IMG/VR virus record: IMGVR_UViG_3300030419_006315
Length of the DNA: 64,000 nucleotides
Origin: an uncultured virus (IMG/VR IMGVR_UViG_3300030419_006315)
Taxonomy: Duplodnaviria; Heunggongvirae; Uroviricota; Caudoviricetes
Direction: 5' to 3' (one strand)
In this document: positions 57,259 through 64,000 of the stretch, piece by piece
How the letters are laid out: each line of letters starts with the position of its first letter
Position numbering within the stretch: the stretch's first letter is position 1
Program-made: the position numbers and the translations under genes
Notes under the pieces: model-generated
The model's database searches: none
Told to the model about the DNA's origin: nothing
What the model saw: only the letters and a program-made list of their open reading frames with translations

Positions 57259-57495
57259 TCATTCGTCTGCCTTGTTCACCATTATAAGCCAATACGAGTT
57301 GAATTGCAACTTTTTTTTATTAGAAAGTTGTACGGTGTATAATTCCTGGTCGTCTTTTGAAATAATGAGCCCAATCCTATCTTCTGGTATGTCGCTATCC
57401 TCGATACCGAGTCTTATTTGGACTAAATCGCCAATCTTAGGCTCTTGATCTTCGTGCCACAAGTCGAATACGGGCTTCAAATCAATTTCTTCCAA
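57259..57495 (-). CDS. small xIGDLV-family protein
   Basis: PKIGDLVQI...IGLII...YTV. Confidence 0.6.
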   Translation of the reverse strand: MEEIDLKPVFDLWHEDQEPKIGDLVQIRLGIEDSDIPEDRIGLIISKDDQELYTVQLSNKKKLQFNSYWLIMVNKADE

Positions 57496-57546
57496 TTTCG
57501 GGTATACCTAGGTATACCCCAAAACTGAGTATAAACTTTTATAGCT

Positions 57547-58242
57547 TTATTGTTCAATCTTTTTCGCTTTAGAGGCGATGGAGCGCACCACCATTCTCTC
57601 TTGACGAGACAAATCTTGGTAAGAACTAACCTCTTCTTTGAAGACGATCGGGCGATTTGAAACACGAGTCATAAATTCGCCTTCCTTTCCTGCCGAAAAG
57701 CCACCGATTGATTCACGGTTGCCCATTCCGGGCCACTCGCTATTGTTCGTGCCAAAGACATAAGCATCCTGGCCACCCTTCGGTATCAATAGAACGGAGT
57801 CTTGACAATACCTCACACCCAAGGAAACAACATTCTCAAAGAAGTTGGCCGAATCAGAAAGGTTGACTACAAAGAAGCTACCCTCTTTTACTTCGATAGA
57901 TTCAGGTGCCTCCTTTCCATCTCTCTTGTCTTGTGCGATTTGCTCTGGCGTGCGATAGTTTTCAATGTAGGAACCATCTACAGCCGTCACACCGAAACCA
58001 GCATCCAAGAGCATAGCTTTGAGTTCTCTGTTTCTTCTTTTGTTGGTTTGAAGGGTAGTGTTCTCTCCACCTTCCTCTGGAGCCAATTCGTCACTGCACC
58101 TACTCATATCAGTAGGGTCATTACGAAAGGCTGTAACAATCGCTGTATCGTGCTCAGTCATGTGTTTATGAAAGCGAGCGAGTCCAGATTCGTTTAGAAC
58201 ATTATCTCTCCATTCATTCATTATGTTTTTCATTTCAGACAT
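57547..58242 (-). CDS. T3 SAMase-like S-adenosylmethionine lyase with N-terminal leader
   Basis: IVTAFR, N..R, GSYIE, KE.S, CQDSVL parallel T3 gp0.3 VSAFR, N..R, GCYRE, EE, EQDCVL (recalled); ACTATTTA upstream. Confidence 0.6.
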   Translation of the reverse strand: MSEMKNIMNEWRDNVLNESGLARFHKHMTEHDTAIVTAFRNDPTDMSRCSDELAPEEGGENTTLQTNKRRNRELKAMLLDAGFGVTAVDGSYIENYRTPEQIAQDKRDGKEAPESIEVKEGSFFVVNLSDSANFFENVVSLGVRYCQDSVLLIPKGGQDAYVFGTNNSEWPGMGNRESIGGFSAGKEGEFMTRVSNRPIVFKEEVSSYQDLSRQERMVVRSIASKAKKIEQ

Positions 58243-58271
58243 ATAATAAATAGTTCGTTATATACTAAAGG

Positions 58272-58335
<64 letters not shown>

Positions 58336-58345
<10 letters not shown>

Positions 58346-58755
58346 AATAGTTGACCTTTTTCATCCACCAGTTTGAGACAGATATTATAAAAAGTCTCAA
58401 CCAAAAAGAGCCTTGGAATATCTTTAGCAGTCATTCCCTCAAAGATGTCAGAGGGGTCAACCTCTGGCATAACCTCTTGGAGGCTCCGTAAGCCTAATGG
58501 AGTAAGCACCCCATCAATCTCAAAGTCACCATCCAGACCTTCTTGGCTACGACGTTGGACCTCCCCACGGGGTATCTTGACACCAAGACCTCTTTCTAGT
58601 CTGAAAGCAATGTCAAGAAAGTCTAACGACTCTGCACCCAAGTCATCAATGACTCGGGATTTCAATTCTACTTCTTCTGGTTCAACACCGAGGGCTTCGA
58701 CAAAAGCGTCAGCTACAGCGTCGAACACTTCTTCATGTGTCCACTGTTTATCCAT
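58336..58755 (-). CDS. acyl carrier protein (extended type)
   Basis: V...F.EALG....E......DDLGAESLDFLDIAFRLE....VKIP; SD AAGGA; stop lies inside tRNA-Arg. Confidence 0.82.
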
Positions 58756-58820
58756 TTCCTTTATCCTTTGGTAATGGTATAAATAGTTCTTTATCTCCTC
58801 ATGAGTACATTTATTATTAT

Positions 58821-58896
58821 TGGAGCCACTTCTCGGATTTGAACCGAGGACCGCGGGTTTACAAAACCCGTGCTCTACCAACTGAGCTAAAGTGGC
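58821..58896 (-). tRNA. tRNA-Thr (anticodon TGT)
   Basis: GCCACTT...CGGGT-TTTGTAA-ACCCG...CTCGG-TTCAAAT-CCGAG-AAGTGGC-T-CCA. Confidence 0.95.
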
Positions 58897-58899
58897 GTA

Positions 58900-59166
58900 T
58901 TATTTTTTTATATGCTTCCATAGTTGAGGATACTTTACTACCTTGTGTCTCAAGGTTCTTTCATAATGGGTCATCTCCCTTTGAGTCGATGTGTTCCACA
59001 TTCTCCAAAAAAAGCGCCTTTTGACTTTTTTACTTTGTATGTCATCGTATTGATCATCTGGGTCTTGGAACCTTTCGAGCAACACATAGATAGCCCTGTG
59101 TCCTCCTTCATTTTCCATCAACACGATGAGATCACCGGGATTGAATGTTGGGTTTAGTCTTCTCAT
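58900..59166 (-). CDS. small xPGDLI-family protein
   Basis: FNPGDLIVL; minus-strand promoter TTGACA-17-TAAACT at 59206-59178. Confidence 0.6.
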   Translation of the reverse strand: MRRLNPTFNPGDLIVLMENEGGHRAIYVLLERFQDPDDQYDDIQSKKVKRRFFWRMWNTSTQREMTHYERTLRHKVVKYPQLWKHIKK

Positions 59167-59202
59167 TCGTCTGTTATAGTTTATCAAGTATGTGTGCTAA
59201 TG

Positions 59203-59409
59203 TCAAGGGTTTTGTGAAATTACTTTGAGGTGGCGAATTGCATACCAATCTTGCATGTATTCAACAACGCCGGTATCTTGCCATAGTATTTTTACTAAAT
59301 GCATTACGAGTTCATCGTCGAGGGGCTTGATTTCTATTACAACCCCAGTTTTTGGTTTATCTCCTTCAAATGAGGGCAGGTAACTAACTAGTTGTCCTAT
59401 TTCAAACAT
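59203..59409 (-). CDS. small xIGQLV-family protein
   Basis: MFEIGQLV...TGVVIE...VKILW...LKVIS. Confidence 0.6.
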   Translation of the reverse strand: MFEIGQLVSYLPSFEGDKPKTGVVIEIKPLDDELVMHLVKILWQDTGVVEYMQDWYAIRHLKVISQNP

Positions 59410-59628
59410 ATTTGTTGCTAATCTAGTTTCATAATACACTAATAGGCATCCCCTTGTAAAGTATTATTTTCAGTATCGTGCGGCGTCCCTTGTCTTGTAG
59501 TAAGTAGGTTAGATGCGCGTATGTTGCAAGAATGTTGCCAAAATTTTTTATTATAAAGCTGCGCCAAATTTTTTCATATACTACATACCTGGGTACGCAC
59601 AATACACCCAACTACCCAAAAATAATAC

Positions 59629-59657
59629 TTGACACTAGGGGAGGCTTGGTGTATAAT
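59629..59657 (+). promoter_or_regulatory. consensus sigma70 promoter at the start of the rightward block
   Basis: TTGACA-17-TATAAT. Confidence 0.85.
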
Positions 59658-59846
59658 GCGTATTCATCTTTAGGAGAGAATACAATGGAACAGTTAGCAC
59701 CCTTTATTTGGTTTGGCGTTTACGGTAGTGGCATTGCAGGTGCAGCGGCTTACTACAGGTTCTTCAAGTGATGTGGTCAGCCATCAAGCTAGCAGCCGCC
59801 TATGTTATTTTGCTTGTTGGAATACGTATATTTATAAAGAAATACC

Positions 59847-59875
59847 TTGACAACAACCCCTATCTTTGATATAAT
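59847..59875 (+). promoter_or_regulatory. consensus sigma70 promoter, leaderless
   Basis: TTGACA-17-TATAAT, ATG 6 nt downstream. Confidence 0.85.
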
Positions 59876-59881
59876 AATTGC

Positions 59882-60070
59882 ATGACAAACGAGCCTTACA
59901 TTCCTATTGAAGTTGGTGATCTTGTGCGTGTTGGTGCAAAGATCGGTATCGTTGTCAAACACATCACATGGGATGACCGCTATGGCGGCTTCACCATCAA
60001 GCACGGCAACACCAAAAGCTCTTATCGGGCTGATTCGGTCATTTTGCTTTCTAAAGCGGCCCGTCCTTGA
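59882..60070 (+). CDS. small xVGDLV-family protein
   Basis: IEVGDLVRV..KIGIVV. Confidence 0.65.
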   Translation: MTNEPYIPIEVGDLVRVGAKIGIVVKHITWDDRYGGFTIKHGNTKSSYRADSVILLSKAARP

Positions 60071-60249
60071 TTTTCGAGGGTTCTTTGGTTGAACATATTT
60101 ACTTAGGAGACGTGGGCGTTGTGGTAAAGACATATCCACCCACCATGTATACTGGTCGAATTTACGAAGTTATGTGGCAAAGAGGAAAAAAAAGCACGCT
60201 AGTGGGACCAAGAGAAATAAAATTACTTGACAAACCAACCAATGTTTGA
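60067..60249 (+). CDS. small xxGSLV-family protein
   Basis: FEGSLV...VGVVV...YEVMW. Confidence 0.6.
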   Translation: MIFEGSLVEHIYLGDVGVVVKTYPPTMYTGRIYEVMWQRGKKSTLVGPREIKLLDKPTNV

Positions 60250-60261
60250 TACTCTATATAC

Positions 60262-60513
60262 ATGATACTGGAACGAGGCATATTGGTAAAGCATATCCCG
60301 ACTGGAGCAGTGGGGGTTGTTGTGTCGCTTGATCCGCCCACTGCGTGTTGTGGCTATGAATCGTGTGGATGTGACAGGGATAAATACTACACGCCAATGG
60401 CGAAAGTGCTTTGGCAAACCGGCGGAAGTGCTGGAAAGGAGACTGCAACTTGGGCTCTTTCGGTTGAGCCCGTAGACGATAGCGCATACCATGTCCAAAC
60501 AGATCAGTTGTAA
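60262..60513 (+). CDS. small xxGILV-family protein
   Basis: ERGILVKH...VGVVV...KVLW; promoter TTGACA-17-TACTCT at 60227-60255. Confidence 0.6.
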   Translation: MILERGILVKHIPTGAVGVVVSLDPPTACCGYESCGCDRDKYYTPMAKVLWQTGGSAGKETATWALSVEPVDDSAYHVQTDQL

Positions 60514-60706
60514 ATTTGTGGTGGGCGATCTAGTTTATCGACCAAAAGAAGAGAGCACATACAAGGGGCGTAAGTTAGGCATCATCACAAAAGTACACAA
60601 CGAACCTTTTTCTAATTTGGTTGATGTTGTGTGGGATGATGGAAACAAACAAGAATCTGTTGGAACACAGCAGTTGAGACTATTGGCAGCAAGGAAGGAA
60701 GATTGA
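60491..60706 (+). CDS. small xVGDLV-family protein
   Basis: FVVGDLV...LGIIT...VDVVW. Confidence 0.65.
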   Translation: MSKQISCKFVVGDLVYRPKEESTYKGRKLGIITKVHNEPFSNLVDVVWDDGNKQESVGTQQLRLLAARKED

Positions 60707-60831
60707 AACGCTATTACTTTATGAAAACTAAAGTCAAGTTCTTTCTTGAAGATTGTCTCTTTCACTTGTTTCATATCACAATTATATTACTGGTAGCAAA
60801 GATAATTCACCTCGCAATCACAAGGATGTAA

Positions 60832-61128
60832 ATGGTAAGGTACGAACCTATCAAGTGTAAGGACGGCTTTGAAATGAGCGTGCAAGCGAATAGACTCGTT
60901 TATTGTAAGCCACAAGAAGACGGAGCAGAAAGATATAGCCAGGTGGAGGTTGGCTTTCCTAGTGAAGAAGAAGAGTTGCTAATGCCGTATGCAGGCGATG
61001 AAACCAAACCAATCGAAACCGTCTATGCTTGGGTTCCAGTTCATGTTGTGTCACTTGTCATTGCGAAACACGGAGGAATTGTTACTGGAAAAGTGCCGCC
61101 AGGTGTGCCGTACTTGTTGGCGTTATGA
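60832..61128 (+). CDS. conserved phage hypothetical protein
   Basis: C.DGF.MSVQA...YC.P...VEVGFPS...VY..VP...KHGG. Confidence 0.7.
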   Translation: MVRYEPIKCKDGFEMSVQANRLVYCKPQEDGAERYSQVEVGFPSEEEELLMPYAGDETKPIETVYAWVPVHVVSLVIAKHGGIVTGKVPPGVPYLLAL

Positions 61129-61328
61129 AGGTTGGAGATCTGGTCAAAATAAATCCACCGGAACCTTATCCACAAAAGGTTTACGAATGGGATTATCAGC
61201 TAGGAATCATAACAGAGGTGACAGCCCATAATATGAGGGTGTACGTTGCCAGTCGAAAAAAAGAATTTCTTATTTGTAAAGAGCATTTGACTTTGGTAAG
61301 GGAAGGTGAGCAAGAAGAAGAATTATGA
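61125..61328 (+). CDS. small xVGDLV-family protein
   Basis: MKVGDLVKI...LGIIT; ATGA overlap. Confidence 0.7.
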   Translation: MKVGDLVKINPPEPYPQKVYEWDYQLGIITEVTAHNMRVYVASRKKEFLICKEHLTLVREGEQEEEL

Positions 61329-61524
61329 AATAGGCGTTGGCGATTTGGTTATCATAACCAATCAGCGCAGCAACCCACCACAGCAATGGGTGTGGGATGC
61401 ACACAAAAACCAGACGCCTCTTTTGGTTGTAGAGAGGGGCAGCGATGATCCATGGGCATGGCTCTGCGTACTTTATGGAGATGAAAAACGCTGGATTGAG
61501 CCGCGACATTTGAAGGTATTATGA
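61306..61524 (+). CDS. small xVGDLV-family protein
   Basis: IGVGDLVII...HLKVL. Confidence 0.65.
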   Translation: MSKKKNYEIGVGDLVIITNQRSNPPQQWVWDAHKNQTPLLVVERGSDDPWAWLCVLYGDEKRWIEPRHLKVL

Positions 61525-61790
61525 TTTTCATTTACATCTTGTTTGTTTTTGCGTTATTATTGATTATATTACAGTATTTTACAAATTTACACGATATGAA
61601 AAGAGGAAGTCTAGTTATAGTAAGAGATGAAACGGGCAAGCCCGTTGGTCGTGGGGTCTACATGGGCGCAAGCGACAAGTGGGGCGTTTTCCATGAAGTT
61701 TATATGGACGGCGAATTGAAAGTATTTGATGAGCCCTATTTTACAATAGAGGATGTGAGCGAAATTGAAAGTCGGCGACTTGGTGGTTGA
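61521..61790 (+). CDS. small family protein with N-terminal TM
   Basis: MKRGSLVIV...GVY...FDEPYF; similar to 62899..63117. Confidence 0.6.
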   Translation: MIFIYILFVFALLLIILQYFTNLHDMKRGSLVIVRDETGKPVGRGVYMGASDKWGVFHEVYMDGELKVFDEPYFTIEDVSEIESRRLGG

Positions 61791-61944
61791 CAAAGAGACG
61801 TTACGTCAGGGCATTGTTCTGGAGGTAGACGGAAGGTATGTTTCCGTTGCATGGAACGGTGAGGGCGTAATACGCTATCACAGAAACCTCGATGCATATT
61901 TCTTATCCACGATCAAAGTTATTAGCAGCCATGGCAGTCGGTGA
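61765..61944 (+). CDS. small xVGDLV-family protein (59 aa, not in ORF track)
   Basis: TTG start: MKVGDLVVDKETLRQGIVLEV...VAW...IKVISSHGSR. Confidence 0.65.
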   Translation: MKVGDLVVDKETLRQGIVLEVDGRYVSVAWNGEGVIRYHRNLDAYFLSTIKVISSHGSR

Positions 61945-62131
61945 TATGATTCGTGCTGTTATTGGCCCCCGTGAAGGACAGGTCGGCATAATCGTTGCAG
62001 AAAACCATTCCCCCGACGTTGCCCGCTACTGGTATGCAACGTGCGACATCTTATGGGCAGATGGCACCACAGAAACCTACGTAGGTAAACGATTTTTAGA
62101 GGTTATCAATTCAGTCGAAGAAAATTCTTGA
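61931..62131 (+). CDS. small xVGDM-family protein
   Basis: MAVGDMIR...VGIIV...ILW...LEVIN. Confidence 0.65.
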   Translation: MAVGDMIRAVIGPREGQVGIIVAENHSPDVARYWYATCDILWADGTTETYVGKRFLEVINSVEENS

Positions 62132-62156
62132 CAAACCGCTCATGCCCTGATACACT
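62128..62156 (+). promoter_or_regulatory. sigma70-type promoter, leaderless
   Basis: TTGACA-17-TACACT, ATG 6 nt downstream. Confidence 0.75.
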
Positions 62157-62162
62157 GTATGT

Positions 62163-62261
62163 ATGAAAGTCGGAGATTTAGTAGAACCCAAACACAAAAG
62201 GTTTACACCCAGGCCCAGGCGGGGTAGTTTTGTCATGGAGCTAATCAGTGAAAGTCGGTGA
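62163..62261 (+). CDS. 32-aa xVGDLV-family mini gene (possibly internally deleted)
   Basis: MKVGDLVEPKHKRFTPRPRRGSFVMELISESR. Confidence 0.55.
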   Translation: MKVGDLVEPKHKRFTPRPRRGSFVMELISESR

Positions 62262-62421
62262 TTTGGTAAAGTTTTATCTTACTGGCGCTTTTTGCATCTA
62301 CATGGGTATCGACAATGCAAAAGACTGCTATGTTTTCTACAGTGCTGACTATGGAAATGTAGAGTTGTGGCGTGAACATTATACGCCCGATGATTGGGAG
62401 GTAATCAGTGAAAGTCGGTGA
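62248..62421 (+). CDS. small xVGDLV-family protein (57 aa, not in ORF track)
   Basis: MKVGDLVKFYLTG...WEVISESR. Confidence 0.65.
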   Translation: MKVGDLVKFYLTGAFCIYMGIDNAKDCYVFYSADYGNVELWREHYTPDDWEVISESR

Positions 62422-62653
62422 TTTAGTTTGGCGTCTGTGGCATACTCCACCCATCCACGGCGGGGAGGTGTTGAAAGAAGAGGATCGACCAGTGGGAATT
62501 ATTATCCATGCGTTTGACAACCACAATAACAAGTTAGAAAACAGGATGTATAGCGTCAAATTTCAGGGAGAAGAAACAACCACTTATGTACGCCAAGGGC
62601 AAATTGAGCCACTCCCTGGCCTCAAAGGAAGTATTGTAAATGAAACCATCTGA
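62408..62653 (+). CDS. small xVGDLV-family protein
   Basis: MKVGDLVW...VGIII...YSVKF. Confidence 0.7.
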   Translation: MKVGDLVWRLWHTPPIHGGEVLKEEDRPVGIIIHAFDNHNNKLENRMYSVKFQGEETTTYVRQGQIEPLPGLKGSIVNETI

Positions 62654-62855
62654 AAAAAGTAAATCAATCGCAGAGCTTCTGCAAGAGATGGCAAGGCGTG
62701 AAGCGCACATCCTTGCAAACACTTGTGTTCAGCCACCCATGGGATGCGGCAATCCCGTGGACGCTGCCGAGTTTCTCGACGAGGCATCAAAAAAAGAATT
62801 TACAATTAGTGGCCTCTGTCAAGAATGTCAAAACAATTTCTTCTTAGAAGAATAA
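62640..62855 (+). CDS. small Cys-containing hypothetical protein
   Basis: C....GC...F.DE.S.KEF.ISGLCQ.CQ. Confidence 0.65.
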   Translation: MKPSEKSKSIAELLQEMARREAHILANTCVQPPMGCGNPVDAAEFLDEASKKEFTISGLCQECQNNFFLEE

Positions 62856-62898
62856 AAACTTCTTGACTTTTGTTTCACCCTTTGCTACTATAAGAAAT

Positions 62899-63117
62899 AT
62901 GACAGAATTACAACCAGGCGATTTAGTGAAAGTGATGTCGGCCCCATGGGGCGGATTGACTAACGACATCCGTCAATTTTCAGTGATGGGGGTGTATGTC
63001 CGTGCGGTCGATGACTGGAAGACATGGTATGAATTTCTAGTCGATGGGCAGCTTCAAAAGTTTGACCGCCCTTATTATGACTTTGAGGTGCTACAGCGTG
63101 CAAGTGAAAGTCGGTGA
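62899..63117 (+). CDS. small xPGDLV-family protein
   Basis: LQPGDLVKV...EVLQRASESR; promoter TTGACT-17-TACTAT at 62863-62891. Confidence 0.65.
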   Translation: MTELQPGDLVKVMSAPWGGLTNDIRQFSVMGVYVRAVDDWKTWYEFLVDGQLQKFDRPYYDFEVLQRASESR

Positions 63118-63298
63118 TCTGGTGATAAGCACTTTTGCCCATCGCAATAGTACGGATGGCCTGGGTTTGGTGTTGAGCCTAACCACCCTGACCCTTACAA
63201 AGCAAAAAGAACACTACGCCCGTGTTTGCTGGTCAAACGGATGGATCAACACTGCTAACTTTCGTACCTTGAAGGTGGTGAGTAGTGCAAGTCGGTGA
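63104..63298 (+). CDS. small xVGDLV-family protein
   Basis: MKVGDLVI...LGLVL...VCW...LKVVSSASR. Confidence 0.7.
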   Translation: MKVGDLVISTFAHRNSTDGLGLVLSLTTLTLTKQKEHYARVCWSNGWINTANFRTLKVVSSASR

Positions 63299-63656
63299 TT
63301 TAGTTACACTTTCTGCTGCTGGAAAGAAGATAGAAGAAATCCGCTTGACCCATCGTCGATGGTTCAAAGCAAACGCCTCCAGGTATGGGCGGATGACAAA
63401 AGCAGAACAAATAAGCTGGCTGGATTATTGGGAAAACGACAAGATGCTGGGAATGATTCAGCGTGTTGAAAAGAAATATCGACGCCTTTGGAATTATGAA
63501 GAAGGCCGCTGGGAAGTGCCTGAAGACACTGAAAAACTTGGTATTCCTCCCAAAGTTTTTTATTATGTTCGATGGTTCGCCAATGGCAGAAACAAACAAA
63601 CCAAGCAATTACGGCAACATATAAAATATGTTTCAAAAGTGAAAAAAACTTCTTGA
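63285..63656 (+). CDS. xVGDLV-family protein with long inserts
   Basis: MQVGDLVTL...LGMI...YYVRW...IKYVS. Confidence 0.7.
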   Translation: MQVGDLVTLSAAGKKIEEIRLTHRRWFKANASRYGRMTKAEQISWLDYWENDKMLGMIQRVEKKYRRLWNYEEGRWEVPEDTEKLGIPPKVFYYVRWFANGRNKQTKQLRQHIKYVSKVKKTS

Positions 63657-63711
63657 CTTTCTCGAAACCGTTTGATACACTACTTGTAGATGATGAGGAA
63701 AAGGAGATAAG

Positions 63712-64000
63712 ATGTCGTTAGCGCAAAATGTCCACCGCATGGTGAATCGTGAATTGAACGCCTTGGCGCAAATACGCTTCATTGATGAAGATACGCAAGT
63801 GGCTCTCGCCCAACACCCTTATCTGCGAGCCCGTAAAAAACTAGCGGGCAATTCAGGGCTCTGCGACCGAGCTAGGGATATCTTACTGAATGGGAAGGCT
63901 TTGAGCGTAAAACTTGAATTGATGCTCGCCGGTCACATCAACGAAGACCAGGACGCTATCCGTGATCTCTACTACGCTATGCGGCGCCGGGGGATGATAA
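63712..64000 (+). CDS. hypothetical protein, runs off the window
   Basis: promoter TTGACT-17-TACACT at 63653-63681, SD AAGGAG, open frame to the window end. Confidence 0.6.
   Translation, partial: MSLAQNVHRMVNRELNALAQIRFIDEDTQVALAQHPYLRARKKLAGNSGLCDRARDILLNGKALSVKLELMLAGHINEDQDAIRDLYYAMRRRGMI

Noticed and set aside
58756..58881. N-terminal extension of the ACP ORF
   Set aside because: It runs through tRNA-Thr; ATG 58755 has its own SD and promoter motif
61765..63304. CRISPR array, suggested by the recurring GTGAAAGTCGGTGATTT
   Set aside because: Repeats are short, degenerate, irregularly spaced (85 to several hundred nt) and coding in two frames; no cas genes

Overview
This window is a gene-dense 64 kb segment of a large (jumbo-type) dsDNA bacteriophage using the standard genetic code; no capsid, terminase or tail genes are recognisable in it. 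About 1-56.4 kb is almost all + strand and carries replication and recombination genes: a short family A polymerase, gp32-like SSB, RecA/UvsX, 5'-3' exonuclease, DnaB-like helicase, and a DnaE polymerase split into two genes by a natural split intein with a Vsr-like homing endonuclease between them. The same stretch has a tubulin/FtsZ-like GTPase, nucleotide metabolism genes (class II RNR, ThyX, PurA, IMPDH/GMPR, dNK, dUTPase, Gmk-like), chaperones and proteases (GroEL, GroES, DnaJ, Hsp20, ClpP) and cell-wall enzymes. It also has auxiliary metabolic genes (APS kinase, UDP-glucose dehydrogenase, PMM, a GC-rich PEP carboxykinase between 47-bp direct repeats) and Cys-rich surface proteins of myxobacterial style, which suggests a Myxococcota-like host (inference). 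56.4-59.4 kb is a minus-strand block with two of the three tRNAs, a T3 SAM-lyase-like gene and an acyl carrier protein. 59.6-64 kb is a promoter-rich region holding an array of about 20 short paralogous 'xVGDLV' genes, several chained by an identical 14-nt start/stop overlap. Non-coding highlights are a duplicated pseudoknot motif with compensatory changes, a recurrent ACTA(T/C)TTA promoter-like motif, and RBS-sequestering hairpins with that motif in the loop. All assignments come from motif recognition by eye; no searches were run.
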